From Eledone cirrhosa (lineage: Eukaryota): 64,000 nt of DNA. The translations under genes were made by a program, and so were the position numbers. Numbering within the stretch: the first letter of the stretch is position 1; every line of letters begins with the position of its first letter. The notes under the pieces are model-generated. The model was not told where the DNA came from and ran no database searches. It was given only the letters and a program-made list of their open reading frames with translations. The DNA lies in the NCBI GenBank assembly GCA_964016885.1, contig OZ024745.1, positions 21,452,001-21,516,000 on the forward strand, written 5' to 3'. Below are positions 43,185-62,207 of this stretch, piece by piece.

Positions 43185-43358
43185 AAAAGTTTATAGGCTG
43201 ATCCATTCAGAGGCTGACCAAGATACTCTCTTGGAATGACCAAATGAGGTTTATTTTTCAACATAGTCCTTGGAAAGAGACAATGCAGTTATTAAAAAGA
43301 TGAGTTGAAATTAATGTAAGATTTCACAGCTCTAGCATTACTCCTTCATTGTCAGCCA
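43185..43358. mobile_element. Short DNA-transposon-like (possibly mariner-derived) remnant; inverted relative at about 51344-51505
   Basis: GACCAAATGAGGTTTATTTTTCAACATA and AGATTTCACAGC..TAGCAT..CTCCTTCA match 51344-51505 in reverse complement; both begin GAAAAGTT.ATAGGCTGA. Confidence 0.45.
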
Positions 43359-43539
43359 GAATTTGTCAGTCGACCCTCTTAGGTTGGGGGTAGTCTTTAT
43401 TAGATATTTGACATATTTGTGATGTCAGGTGCCAGTAAATAAGGGAAGGGGTGCAGTTTTAGGTGCTAGATTTAACGGTCGCTTAATGGTGATATTGTTT
43501 GTTGAGGTGTAGTTGTTATCACGAAAAGAATTGAAAGTA

Positions 43540-44140
43540 GTGATGATAGTGGGTTCGATAGTTAACAATATAGGTGATGGTGATGATAGTGGGTTCGATA
43601 GTTAACAATATAGGTGATGGTGATGATAGTGGGTTCGATAGTTAACAATATAGGTGATGGTGATGATAGTGGGTTCGATAGTTAATGATATAGGTGATGG
43701 TGATGATAGTGGGTTCGATAGTTAATGATATAGGTGATGGTGATGATAGTGGATTCGATAGTTAATGATATAGGTGATGGTGATGATAGTGGGTTCGATA
43801 GTTAACAATATAGGTGATGGTGATGATAGTGGGTTCGATAGTTAACAATATAGGTGATGGTGATGATAGTGGGTTCGATAGTTAATGATATAGGTGATGG
43901 TGATGATAGTGGATTCGATAGTTAATGATATAGGTGATGGTGATGATAGTGGGTTCGATAGTTAACAATATAGGTGATGGTGATGATAGTGGATTCGATA
44001 GTTAATGATATAGGTGATGGTGATGATAGTGGGTTCGATAGTTAATGATATAGGTGATGGTGATGATAGTGGGTTCGATAGTTAATGATATAGGTGATGG
44101 TGATGATAGTGGATTCGATAGTTAATGATATAGGTGATGG
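43540..44140. repeat. 40-bp minisatellite, about 15 copies
   Basis: Unit GTGATGATAGTGG(G/A)TTCGATAGTTAA(CA/TG)ATATAGGTGATG. Confidence 0.95.
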
Positions 44141-44418
44141 TCATGAAGATGTTACAGCAGTCACCGCAAAGTTGCTTATATTCTGAATGATGATGATGAT
44201 GGTAGTGGTGGTGGTGGTGATGGTAGTGGTGGTGGTTGTTGTTGTTGTTTTGGTGATCGTGGTGGTGTTGGTGTTGTTGGAGTTGATGGTGGTGTTGGTA
44301 GTGTTGGTGATGTTGGTGTTGATGATGATGGCTTTTACGCTTCTACTTGATTATAAGGAATGAGTATTGTTGACTACAATGTTGATAATGGTAAGTGTTT
44401 CAATAGCAGCAGCAGCAA

Positions 44419-44467
<49 letters not shown>

Positions 44468-44989
44468 CACAGCGGTGTTAGTGTTGTAGTAGTTGTGGTG
44501 TGATGGTTGGTTATCGTGTTGATACTAGTTCAGAGATGATGGGTTTGAATATGGTGGAGATGGTAGTAGTGAAATGGTGGAGATGACAATAGATGAAAGA
44601 AAAGGTGCAAAGTAGGGAAGTAAACATTAAATCGTCAAAAGCATGGTGCACCGACATCAGTTGATAACTGATAGTAAATATTGCATACTTTTAAGATTCT
44701 GTCAACAATGTGATATTAAAAAAAAATAAACAGCTACATAGACAAACACACAGACAGACTGACAGACAAAACGACAGACAAAGAATCTGACGTTCATAGA
44801 TAGTGAATTATGGCTTATAGATAATTACAACGAGGCATGGCTAAATGATATATAGTAGATATATAGAAATATAGATTGCTTAGCACTAAGGTGAGTTAGA
44901 TATACGTAGATATATATATATATATATATAGATATATAGATAGATACATATGATGATAAATGGCCTGGAGACAATAAGCAGTCAGTTAG

Positions 44990-45054
<65 letters not shown>

Positions 45055-45083
45055 AACACCTATATATATACATACATAAATAA

Positions 45084-45172
<89 letters not shown>

Positions 45173-45484
45173 TGTATTATATATGTGTGTGTGTGTGTTT
45201 GTGTGTGTATTTTTGTGTATTATACACACACTCACACATACACATATTTATATATGTATACACACACGGTAGCCAGGTCATGAACTTGTCTAATGGCAAG
45301 TGGACCCCTCGGTAGCCGACGGTAGTACTTTAGGGGCCCAATGCAAAACCTTAGCTTTCAAAGGAAATATCAGAAGTCCTAGAGGAAGAATAAAAAATAA
45401 AGAAACAAAAGCAGAACAAATACAATTAAAGATACTAGGGTCGAATTTTACATAAGATCGAGTATAAATAAATAAATATATGTA

Positions 45485-45541
<57 letters not shown>

Positions 45542-45549
45542 ATATATAT

Positions 45550-46040
45550 ATTGTTATACTTTGGGAGGGTCATGTTGCCAATAAGAAACACACGCACCAG
45601 TTGCTTTCACTTCAATTTATTATAAATTTCCGGTTGGTCGGTTGGTTCCACAACCGGATGGTTGTTCATATATTGTCAAAGTTCTTTCGTCATACATTCT
45701 GTGACCTCTTCAGTGACTGGGGATGGGATTCTTTTCTTTGTTTTGTGCCTCTCCTTTGCAAGATGGCGTAGGACAGAACAAAGAAGAGGCACAAAACAAA
45801 GAAAAGAATCCCCAGTCAATAAAGAGGTCACAGAATGTGTGACGAAAGAACTTTGACAATATATGAACAACCATCCGGTTGTGGAACCAACCAGCCAATC
45901 GGAAATTTATAATAAATTGAAGTGAAAGCAACTGGTGCGTGTATTTCTTATTGGCAACATGACCCTCCCAAAGTAAAACAATATCGGTTTAAACACACGT
46001 TTTCAGATAAAGAATCTTGCTAAACAAATTCAGAAACGAA
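45550..46040. mobile_element. Fold-back Penelope-like insertion in (TA)n
   Basis: Roughly 200-bp inverted arms (about 45550-45752 / 45784-45983), tail 45984-46040. The same family occurs at 53394-53712, with diverged remnants at ~5300-5400 and ~11290. Confidence 0.85.
45675..45717 (-). ncRNA. Minimal type-I hammerhead ribozyme
   Basis: Minus strand: GTCA-CTGAAGA-GGTCACAGAATGTATGAC-GAAA-GAAC-TT-TGAC. The right-arm copy has a mutated core. Confidence 0.68.
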
Positions 46041-46063
46041 ATATATATATTTATATATATATA

Positions 46064-46805
46064 CTAGATAAAGAACCCGTCCTTTGGACGGTTCAAGTAG
46101 CTTTCGATGTAGCTCATTAAACTAAAGAAAGTAAATTTGAATACATAGAAGAAAAACGTACTTTATGTAAACAGGAAACCCTAGGCACTATTCCAGCGAA
46201 ATAATTAATATGTGAGCTCGGTGTCATCCATTATCCCATGTAACAACAGAAATCCAGTCTAGGTATACATTTTTTTGTCAACAGTAAAAGCGCATCATGA
46301 AATAGAGAAGTGAAGTGAATAATAGACACTATTATGTACATAGGTTGGAAAACAATACAGATTGGACATAACAGGGGGAACTGATGGATGAGCAAAAAGA
46401 GGTGGATGTTGGGTGGGAGCGCTCATTGATTATTGAAGAGCAGATTTATACACAACATTTTTGGTTTTCCCACAGGAGCATAAATAAATAGGTTGTCAGG
46501 ATTACCAACTCGAGAACAGCCAACGTCATCAAAAATGAGTTCCTATTGTATTGACGAAAGATAACTCTTGTCTTACTTAATCACGAAAATTAACACAAAT
46601 AACCAAAACATTTTTAATGCCTCCAAAGTCTCCAATATCGATTTTTGAAAGACTTTGTAGATCATGTACAGGTTTTGTGCAAAGAGAAGCTCTGTAAAAA
46701 ATTTCAAAGAAATCGCATGAATGGTTTAGAATATATGAGCCCTCATTAAAAATTGTCCACACACACATATACACACACACAGAGAGAAAACTTCATCTTT
46801 ATATA
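46064..46805 (-). mobile_element. Internally deleted Helitron with helicase C-terminal remnant
   Basis: Minus-strand 3' hairpin AACCGTCC-AAA-GGACGGGTT then CTAG|T. Region 46430-46526 encodes VGCSRVGNPDNLFIYAP/GKTKNVVYKSALQ* (PIF1-type YVAxSRV end). Confidence 0.8.
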
Positions 46806-46981
46806 TATACAGATATATAGACACCATACAGAAATATATATTTACTCCCATATTACATAACAAACAACACAATATAATTATTCCATTACGAAAGGTTTCA
46901 AGAAACTAGACGATCCTTACAGAAATGTCCAGCGCGTTCATAAAATGAATGGGCTGATCATTTCTGTAAGAAGCGTTTAGT

Positions 46982-47081
<100 letters not shown>

Positions 47082-47082
47082 G

Positions 47083-47193
<111 letters not shown>

Positions 47194-47258
47194 GTATATA
47201 TATATATGTATGTATATATATATATATATATATAATAATAATATATATATATATATAT

Positions 47259-48458
<1,200 letters not shown>

Positions 48459-48460
<2 letters not shown>

Positions 48461-48808
48461 AGGCACATGGCTTAGTGGTTAGAGCATTGGCCTTGCAATC
48501 GAAAGGTTGTGAGTTCGATTCTCAGACCGGGTGATGTGTTGTTTCCTTGAGCAAGACACTTTATTTCACATTGCTCTAGTTTACTCAGCTGTAGAAATGA
48601 GATGATAGGGATTGAGGTTCCTATCATTCTACTGTAAAGTGGACGTGTAGGCGCCACGGCAAAAAAGCACCCAGCACTCACTGTAAATGAGGTTGGTGTT
48701 AGGAAGGGCATCCAGCTGTAGAAATCAAGCCAGAATCAGTTCCCGTCCCACCCTTGCAAGCAGGGAAAAGCGGACGTAAAATGATGATGATGATGATGAT
48801 GATGATGA
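48459..48808 (+). mobile_element. tRNA-head SINE with conserved central domain and (ATG)n tail
   Basis: A-box TGGCTTAGTGG, B-box GAGTTCGATTC, central CCTTGAGCAAGACACTT motif, 3' GGACGTAAAATGATGATG. Confidence 0.82.
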
Positions 48809-48812
48809 TATA

Positions 48813-50147
<1,335 letters not shown>

Positions 50148-50651
50148 TGTATGAACCCGACGGCAGAGCTCAAGCCGTTACAACGGCTATTTGTGGTGCG
50201 TTATGGTCCATCTGGTTCCTTACCACAACTCCTTCGTTATATATATATATGAAAAACTCACGAAGAAAAACGAGATGAGATATATATATTAACTCAACAA
50301 CCTTTCAGACGTCGTTCTTTCATTAGAAGATAGAATGGCATATAGAAAATATAGAAAGGTAGCAGGCATTAAGGGAAGGCAAAAAATACGTAGCTAACTT
50401 CACCTCTATAACAGTGAGTAGGAATGTCGTGATCTGGGGACCAAGAACACAGGAAGTTTCTACTGCAACAGGTTTGACCATAACTCTACCAAAGAGAGGC
50501 CGATGTACCCTATAATATTTTTAGAAATTTCAATTTCTTCAACAAAGTCTCGTTCGGAAAACTTTCAAATATTCAAAATATGTTAAACATTAAAAACAAT
50601 GTGAGCATAGTTTAGAACACGAACTGGATTTTATACGTTGTAATTGATGTT

Positions 50652-50858
50652 AGAAAACATAGAAAATCTCAAACGCAGAAAATAATTGTGAATACGTCGA
50701 TTGCTAAAAATATTAGCTGAGAAAGTCGGGTACTTTTATCATTTATAGGGGTACTTTTATCATTTGTAGGCGTATTTTACCCAATTTTCTAAGCTATTGT
50801 TTATAGCAATCGATTCGTTCACAATTATTTTCTGCATTCGAGATTTTCTATATTTTCT
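50652..50858. mobile_element. MITE-like imperfect inverted repeat
   Basis: AGAAAACATAGAAAATCTC..GCAGAAAATAATTGTGAA is inverted to TTCACAATTATTTTCTGC..GAGATTTTCTATATTTTCT. Confidence 0.6.
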
Positions 50859-51585
50859 GAGAATTTCAATCCATCGACTCTCCAATGGTTTATTTACAAA
50901 TGTAGTAATTGTTATTTTAGTCATGAAAATAATATATTTTACTGTCGGCTAACCAAAGTAATTAACATAACGTGCTATTACAAGACATTACATTAAACAA
51001 GAACAGCATACAAAACCAATATAGGAAACGAACTGCAACTAGTAACAAAGCAAACGTACTATGTTGAATACGTTGTTTACCACGCAAGACTCTTACAGAA
51101 GCTACAGTAGACAATGATGAAGATTCTACATATCCACTCTCCTCGACAGAAATAACAACCTAGACAGGCGCTGACATACAACGTTGTAAAGTTCGTCCGG
51201 AAACTACGTAATTCCAAATTCAATTCCACCACGTGTGACTTTAGGGAAGTGTTTTCTAGTATAACTTCAATTTGACAAGTCCCGTGTCGGAGATATTTAG
51301 TAAATAGAGACTATAGGAAAGTTTATTATATGAAGACAGGCGGAAAAGTTCATAGGCTGATTATGAAGGAGTGATGCTAGTGCTGTGAAATCTTGGGTGC
51401 ATTAATTTCAACCCTTCTTATTAGTAACTGCATTGTTTCTTTCCCGGGAATATGTTGAAAAATAAACCTCATTTGGTCATTCCATAAGATTACATTGATC
51501 AGCCGAGACTAAATACATGTTTAATAAATATATATATATATATATGTGTGTGTTTGTGTGTGTGTATAGATGTATGTATACACAC

Positions 51586-51654
<69 letters not shown>

Positions 51655-51674
51655 CACACACGCACACGCACACT

Positions 51675-51740
<66 letters not shown>

Positions 51741-53293
51741 CATTTAATAAATATGTATTTAGTCTCGGTATGAAATTAAGTCTATGGTCAATGTATATAT
51801 ATTCAATTATACATGGTTGTGTATTTATGTGTGTATATTGTATTATATGTTAATCTAGTAGCACATTATACACACTATAAAGGTTGATATATTTCTGTTG
51901 CATATGTATTATATATTATAATATAAAATGTAATAAACTTTACTAGAAAGAATTGTGTCTGACAAGTTATGGAAAAAGACCGGTATCAGTGAATATGCAC
52001 CTGAGCCCAACTTCTATTCTACCACAAACCATTTGTATTTATAATTACAAAATATTGCTGGTGTATTCTAAATAAACCATCCAGTAATTGCTCAAATACA
52101 ACAACGTTGATATAGTGTCTGTCTGGTTAAACGAATAGAAACATATGTACTGTTTAGAAGTCATTCTCTTTAACAAGATGGCGAATATTATTCAGTAGAA
52201 ATATGTAATATGAATTTTCAAGGAGAATATATTTGCTGAGTCATTTCAGAATATTTCGTTACGAATATGTTGTGACCAAAAGGGTTCGTAGACTCTAATA
52301 GGCCATTCCCATTCTTTGGATCATATTCTACCACAAACATTTCTGAGGAAATCAATCAATTTATATTTACTTCAAGAACTTTCAAATATTATAAACCTAA
52401 TTAATATACACCTTACACTTATATTTTGCATATTAGTTTGTTTTATTTAGTTAACCTATAATTAGTACTTTACTACAAAGAACTTCATAATTTTATTTCC
52501 CTCTTACAGCTCTTTTCCTAAAATTAATACCTAAAAGTATACATATAAATTAATTTAATTTCCTGTTATGAATCTAGATTCCCTGTAGTCTATATAAGAT
52601 TGGTATTTCTAACTACTACCCTTATCCCAATATTTTATCTTCCTTCGTTTTTAACAACATTCTTTAATAACATCTAATTTTTATTTATCACATCCATATG
52701 AAGTAATATAAATTTATCCCTATAAATATACCTATCAATTAATTTAATTTCTTATAGATCTAGATTCATTGTGGTTTAAATAAGATTGGTATTTATCACT
52801 TACCCTATTTCCTTCGTTTTTAACACTATTCTTTAATAACATCAAATTTTCGTGTACTCTTCACCGGCTTGACCTCTTTTCATCCCCAAAGTATTCTTTT
52901 CATTCAAAGTATTCTTTCTATTCAAAACATAAGTCTGCACCCCTCTACCTCTAAATTAAATTTCTACTGCTACTATTCTATCAACTTGACCTCTTACTAC
53001 TTTTCTATTGGTCAATTCAAAACCTGTTCCCAAACAGACCTTTTATATTAAATCTTTGTTGTTGTTTTTTTCAATAAACAAATCTCATCATTTCTGAAAA
53101 CAGTATATATATATGTGAAGGTATGTATATTTCCTTTGATAGTTTGTAATATTTTTACATAGATCTATATGATATACATACCAACACACATATATATCCT
53201 AGAATTTTTTAATATAAGGAACTTGTTCTTTGATTTATTCATTGTTTTTATTAATTTATATATATATATATTCACACACACAAACAATGTATA

Positions 53294-53392
<99 letters not shown>

Positions 53393-53393
53393 A

Positions 53394-53899
<506 letters not shown>

Positions 53900-53900
53900 T

Positions 53901-54157
53901 ACCACTGGAAGGTAATATCCGTAGTGGTAGAGCACTCAGTTCATGGGACGAGTTTGGTAGAAGTGATAACACAACAGTTAGTTCTCCATACCGAGAACAA
54001 TTGTTTCACCTTATACGGATCTTCAGCTCGGGCTGGTCATGGTTATCTAACATTAACCCTAACCCTAAACCTAACCATGACCAGTCCGAGCTGAAGATCC
54101 GCATAAGGTGAAACAATTGTTCTCAGTATGGTGAACTAACTGTTGTTACTACATCTA
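53901..54157. mobile_element. Fold-back pLTR-only copy of the 48813-49981 PLE family
   Basis: Tail 53901-53970 matches 49912-49975 in reverse complement; arms 53971-54045 / 54072-54146. Confidence 0.85.
54087..54125 (+). ncRNA. Minimal type-I hammerhead ribozyme
   Basis: CGAG-CTGAAGA-TCCGCATAAGGT-GAAA-CAATTG-TT-CTC(A/G). Stem III ACAATTGT is palindromic; the left-arm copy keeps CGAG/CTCG. Confidence 0.78.
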
Positions 54158-55647
54158 TATATATATTACAATGATTATTTTTAATTACAATGTTTATTTT
54201 TTATGTACAACATGATGAGTCCTCCCCTTTTGCCAGTCTATGAAGGAGATTTGGCATCCATTTCTGGCAGGTCGTTAGAACTTGCACGGAGACTCAATCA
54301 AGGCTGATCTGATCCTAAATAACAACATAAAAATTAGCAAAACCAAAATAACAATAACAACAACACCACCAACAAATACTCAATATAAAGTATGATGTGC
54401 TCATAAACTGAGGTGCTATAACATAGCATATAAAACAGGGCGAAGTCCCTTAAAGGCGGAAAAATAAGTTACCATCAGCCGAATTCAATGTTTTTGTTGG
54501 TTAACTTACTAGAATTGATCTCCAAATACATTAAGATGTTTAAATAAAATTATAATTGCTAATACGAGCTGTACCCATATGACGGGAAATTATATTATAA
54601 GAAACCAGTAGACCCACACAGTCGTTCTTGTCCTTCTCTTTTATGTGAGTCCGCTTTGTATGAATATGTTTCGCTTTGTTTAAAAATATAAATATACATT
54701 TCATAACGTTTGTTAGATATACGCCAATTTTATAGAAAATTGGCAAATGTGCGTTAAAATGTGGGCCTGTAGTTATGCCATCAAAATGAACATATTGTTA
54801 TAGATATCGTTCTTTAAAAAAATCGTCTTTGTTTTCCTTTTGTTAATTTTTCTATGTAAATGTTTTTAGCAGTTCGTTATGGGAGAACAACAACAATGTA
54901 AAATATGAGTTTTTAGATACGAAATTTAATCTACGTCTTATTATAGAGTTCACGGCACCATTGATTGCTATATTCATGAAATGCTTGCTAATATTTAGCG
55001 ATGTTAAAATGGCGTCAGACTTGTGAGAGTCTGTTATTTGTATTCGTCGTCCTTCTGTTAGTTTAATGTATTTGTTCATAATGAATTGTTTTATTATGCT
55101 GCCGACGTGTTGTGCGGCATTGTGCATGGTAAACATCAATACATTCTGGCAGTGTAATATTTTTATGGTTGCAAGATTTTCAATAGGTGTACACAAGTGT
55201 GTAGTTGCCTGCGGTTTTAATATTTGTGTAGTGTTCTTTTGTGTCTGAGCTTTATCACAAATACACAATTTCTCCTCTTTCTCCAGCTTACCCAGCCGCT
55301 CTTTCTATATTTTTCTACATATTTCTACTATATATATATATATATATCCATCTATTTAGCTTTTATTCTCTGGCTCTGTCACCGCCTCTTGCTAATTTCT
55401 TTGTTTGTGGAATTGAGTGTGGACATAAATTAGTTGAATCAAGCTTTAAATTGTGGTGTCTTCTGATTGGTGATTACTGTAAATGTGTAGCGATGGTCAA
55501 AATATATGCAAACACACGTTCTCGTTATATATATGTGTACAGATAATCAACACGAATATGTGGTTTCAGAGATTGGATGTAACCATGCTGGAGATTCAGT
55601 TATAGTGGTTTATATAAACACATATATACATAAGCACACAGACACAT

Positions 55648-55715
<68 letters not shown>

Positions 55716-55853
55716 GTGCGTGTGCGTGTGTGTGTATGAACTACAACGACTGATGCCCCAGCATGGTTATACTCCAAGCTATGTAACCGGTAGAAATGTG
55801 TCTGTAATATATTGAATGTTAATGTACATATATATAAGGTTACCGTATGTTTG

Positions 55854-55989
<136 letters not shown>

Positions 55990-56005
55990 GAGAGAGATAC
56001 AGATA

Positions 56006-56221
56006 GAAGTAGTATCACAACAGTTAGTTCACCATACAGTTAGTTCATCATACAGTTAGTTTACCTTATGCGGATCTTCATCTCGGACGCTGCTGAAGAT
56101 TCGCATAAGAAAACAATTGTTCTCGGTATGGTGAACTAACAGTTGTGTCACTGCTTCTACCAAACTCGTCCCATGGACTGAGTGCTCTACCACTACGGAT
56201 ATTACCTTCCAGTGTTCTACC
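56006..56221. mobile_element. Further fold-back copy of the 48813-49981 PLE family
   Basis: CACAACAGTTAGTTCACCATAC is inverted to GTATGGTGAACTAACAGTTGTG, with the same tail ..GGATATTACCTTCCAGTGTTCTACC. Confidence 0.8.
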
Positions 56222-56524
56222 TCTCTCTCTCTATATATATATATATAGGGTCAAGAGTTTCTGAAGAAATAGATCAAGGAAAAACAAAAACTCTTTATGT
56301 ATTGTACAGGGCCAAATATATTATATGAATAAGATTTAACACAAATGCATACTATCTAAGGTTTCATACTTCAACCAGCAGAGGACATAGATATTCTGGA
56401 TATTCTACAGCTGGTAGTTTAGTTAGCATCGAGCGAACCAATATCCTCTTCCCGCTATATTAAGCGTTAACCTAATATATACCTTCCATATAATGTACCG
56501 ATTGTGTTGTTATTTCTGTTTACC

Positions 56525-57482
<958 letters not shown>

Positions 57483-58060
57483 AAGGTATACACACATTTT
57501 GCCTCGTCGGGACATGAACTCACAGCACAGTTGGCAGGTAAATTACTACGCTCTAATGGCCCTGCTAATTTTCCGCCATATGATGCCTCAAGTTTGTGGG
57601 GGAAAACAACCATAACATTAGAGAATGTAATCTTAATTTCTATCTTAGGCTTAATATTGAACATGAAATAGTACTACCTACAAAAATAATATTAAAAAAA
57701 TAAGAAGGGAGATAACTCTATGACCGGACGAATGAAAATGTTGCGAAAGCTATGTAAGATCACCGCTGTTGATAGAAATAAACTGTTCTGTGAATCATGG
57801 AAAATAAACGTACGAAGAGATATGCGTGTCATCATCCATAAATATCTGACTATTTGAGCAGAAGATTGGACGTTTCCCCGTACATGGTACTACACATCAA
57901 TGTTTCTTACATATTAATCAGGCAGAATTTTGCCAGTGTAAAAGACGTTTTCTCCGGTGACGAAATTTATTTAGACATAAACACACAAACACATATATAC
58001 ACATACATACATACACATGCATGCACACATACAGTCATACACACAAACACATTTATATAA

Positions 58061-58103
<43 letters not shown>

Positions 58104-58158
58104 TACACACACAAACATACACGCACAAACATACAGCACACATACATACATATATATA

Positions 58159-58265
<107 letters not shown>

Positions 58266-58278
58266 CTATATACATATA

Positions 58279-58326
<48 letters not shown>

Positions 58327-58696
58327 TATACATGTTTGTGTATATATATATAGTAAACGAAACAAAGGGGACATTTTCAGCTTTAATGATTAAATCTTGC
58401 CTAGAAAGAAAAAGGAAACAAATCCGAAATCAAAATTAATTAAAAATTGAATAGGATTTTCATCTTTGGAAAGTTCAATAATTGTTCCAGAAAGGTTTCA
58501 ATGAAGCAGTTGTAAATATCATATCCTAGAATTACTAAGAAAATAATATATCTTCAATGAAAAACATTCAAGGATTAGGCAATTCAAAATAGAAACTGGA
58601 CATACATATAAATATCTACACGCATAGATTTAAATTCAAGTACTTAAAGATCTAAATGCTTCCTACACATAAACACGCGCACACACACACGCAGGC

Positions 58697-58748
<52 letters not shown>

Positions 58749-58888
58749 CATCTTTTTTTCTTTATATATATATATACTTACACACATACTCACATCTATA
58801 CACAAGTTATGTGAATATTTCTGTTTACTAATACAAAAAAGTACACCTTACCTAAAGAAGTTTGTGTATATCTTATTGGAAATTGTTC

Positions 58889-59381
58889 TCTTATTCGTAA
58901 CTCTGTTACCGATTAGTCAAATAACTGGAATGGTAAAGCAACATGAGAATACATAAGCAAAAATGTTTGCAAACCCATCGAAATATGATTAGTCAACTGT
59001 ATATCACATATTCATTTATTCAATTGCCAAACGAATAATACGCAATATCATCATTTATACACGCACAAAAACACGTGACACAGAAGCAAAGGAGGTGGCT
59101 ATAATTAATGATATTTTGCCGCCGATATATAGTCATATAATTAATAAAAAACAATATATCCTTTGGTCGATACTAAAATTTCATCGGCAATATCCACTTT
59201 CCTTCCTTAATGTTTTGTTTTTTCTCTGTATATATATCATACTGAAGAAATGAACATATGAAAATTCGATGTACTTCTGACTAATCATATTCCCATGTGT
59301 TTGTAAGCATTGTTGTTTATATATTCCCAGGCTGTTTTCCTACATTAATAATGAATAATCGGTAACGTAAATATCAGAATA
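58889..59381. mobile_element. Old MITE-like element with long imperfect inverted repeats
   Basis: GTTACCGATTA/TAATCGGTAAC, AATATGATTAGTCA/TGACTAATCATATT and CATATTCATTT/AAATGAACATATG occur in mirrored order. Confidence 0.55.
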
Positions 59382-60319
59382 ACAATTCAAGAAGGTTCAG
59401 CGTCGAGATTTTTTCATAGTTTCGTATGAGTTACGGGCGCCATTATGGCATATGGCGTTTCTAGTGCATTTTTTAAACATGGTGGAGCTTATCTCCTCTC
59501 CAGGTCTGAATACAGCAGATTTCTTTCAGAGAATGGCAGAAAGTGAGGGAAAGGATATGAGAAAGAATTATATAGGAGGAATAGACCCTACTACTAGACT
59601 GGCATTTTTTTTATCGATCTTAAATGGATGAAAGTCAAAGGTGTAATAAGAGAGCAGAGAGTCGGAATGAATACTGCAAAGCATTCTATCTGACGTTCTA
59701 ACGGTTCTGCCAATTTACTGCACCATAAACAGAATAAAAATAGGTAACATACAATAAAATATTGTTTTCTGGTTGAAGCACAAGGCCAACATTTTTTTCC
59801 GGAGTGAATCGACCCCAGTACATTACTGGTACTTTATTTTATCGACTCCGTAAGGATGAAAGGCCATGCTAATCTTGACGGGATTTGAACGGATTTGTTG
59901 TATAGACTTAACTCTATACAACAATAAAACAAAGCAAATATAAAGACTCCGAATAAAAAAAAAAAAAGACTACTAATAGCCATTGTTTTCCACTGGTATC
60001 AGAGAAAATTGTAAATTTTACGACTCCAAACAGTTTGTCATATTTTCAATACAAGAACGGTTCACCATACATTTACGACAAAGAGGAACTTTGATACACT
60101 ACATCACAAAACAGAAGACAAAAACTAAATAGCAAAAGATAAGTAATCAACACATCAATGCTATATAAAATCCCCCACCACCGACACCACCATAGAGAAC
60201 AACAATTGATGATTAATGGTGGAAGCAATACATAATGCACAACACGGTGCTAAACTAGACAAACATGTTGCATACGTTAATAAAAGAAGCAAGTATAAGA
60301 TCCTATCTGATTTTATTTG

Positions 60320-60531
<212 letters not shown>

Positions 60532-60614
60532 TTCCTTGAATCTCAGTCATTGATGTTGGTTAACTGGAAAGTCCGTTGGATTGAATATCAAGCCACTACC
60601 TGCAGCCTCAGATA

Positions 60615-60657
<43 letters not shown>

Positions 60658-60659
<2 letters not shown>

Positions 60660-62207
60660 AGTTGCATTTATCTTGCTTTATGTTCATACGAGTTATCACC
60701 AAGTCACAACCAGTGACCTCAAGAGACAACAAGGTCCGCCATGTTCAAGAAAGAACATACATATTCATACATGCATCTTTAGTGATTAGACTTGTGATGT
60801 ACTTATATTGACAGAATCTTCCTTAGTATATGGGCAGTTCCCATTAGTACTATCTTTTGTATTTCTCCTATACGCGGGTTTCCTGGTATTTGCGATAAGT
60901 AATCATTAGACCCCTTAGATATCATTCCCAGAGCGCCTACAACCACTGGTATTGTTTTAGTTCTCAATTTCCACATTTTTCCAATTTCTATCTCCAGGTC
61001 CTTAAATACTTGCTCAATTTTTCAAATGTTTTTATAGATACATTCTTGTCTATTGGAACAGACATATCAATTAGCAGGCATACCCTCTTTTTAAAGTCCT
61101 TCAATATTATATCCGGTCTATTTGCATCTATTTTTCGGTCTGTTTGGATGCTAAAGTTCCACAAGATTGAGATGTGATCTTTTTCAAGTATGGGAGGTGG
61201 TTGATGCTCCCACCAATTCTTTTGATGGGGCAGGTCAAAATGCTTACACATTATCCAATGTATGTATTGTGCAGCTCTGTCATGCCTGTTTAGGTATTCG
61301 GTTGGAGCTATAGGACTGCACATTGAAATTATATGGTCAATGGTCTCTGGTTGTTTTTTGCATACACGGCATAATGGGCTGCATCCATTTTTTATTATGT
61401 TGGCTTGGTCATTTTTTGTTGGCAGACACTGATCTTGTGCTGATATAATCATGTCCTTCAGTCTCCGATTTCAGTCCAGAGGATGCCAACCACTGATGGG
61501 TTAAAGTTTTGTCAACATCAGGATTGTTAGCTCGCTCTGGGTATTTTCCATACAGAGGCTTTTCTTGCCATTTCTTAGCCAGTTTCTGTAGCAGTTCTTT
61601 CTTTGCAGTTACTTTTACCTGCTTTGCTTTTTCTGTGTTTTCCATTTCAGCAGTAAATGGGACTTCTGAAATTTGTAGTCCATTACTGTATCTTTGTGCA
61701 TCTTTTGTAATGGAATATGATCTTTTGATGCTTTCGTGTTTCAAAACGAGTTTGATCATCCAATCATATGATTCCCTTAGATATGTAGATAATCCAATTG
61801 TTGCAGTTTTCAACGCAATGTCTAACTGGATTAACCCACGTCCTCCTTCTTTCCTAGGGAGATATATTCTATCTATATCTGCTTTAGGGTGATGCATTCT
61901 GTGCATGGTTAAGAATTTTCGAATTTTTGTATCGAGCCTACGGATCTCTGTGCTTGACCAGTTGATGACATTGTAACTGTAGGTTACTACTGGTATGGCA
62001 AGCGTGTTTATGGCATCGATCCTATTCCTTGCATTCAATTCCGTTCTTAAGATTGCTCTTACTCTGCGGTAACATTCCTTCCTTATCCTTTCCCTCATTG
62101 TCGAGTGCTTGATTCCGTCTCCTTCACAAACACCTAGATATTTGTAAGTTTTTTCTTGATCAAGTTCTCTTATCACGTTCCACCGATCAAGATTAATGTC
62201 TGAACTC

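Noticed and set aside
43540-44140. CRISPR-like regular array
   Set aside because: No unique spacers, eukaryotic context and no cas genes.
48459-48530. tRNA gene
   Set aside because: A and B boxes are present but no full cloverleaf; it continues into a SINE body and tail.
52540-52850. Imperfect ~185-bp tandem duplication
   Set aside because: Old AT-rich local duplication with no further structure.
54852-55268. 138-aa non-repetitive ORF as a possible host exon
   Set aside because: No recognisable motif or splice support; cannot be assigned without a search.
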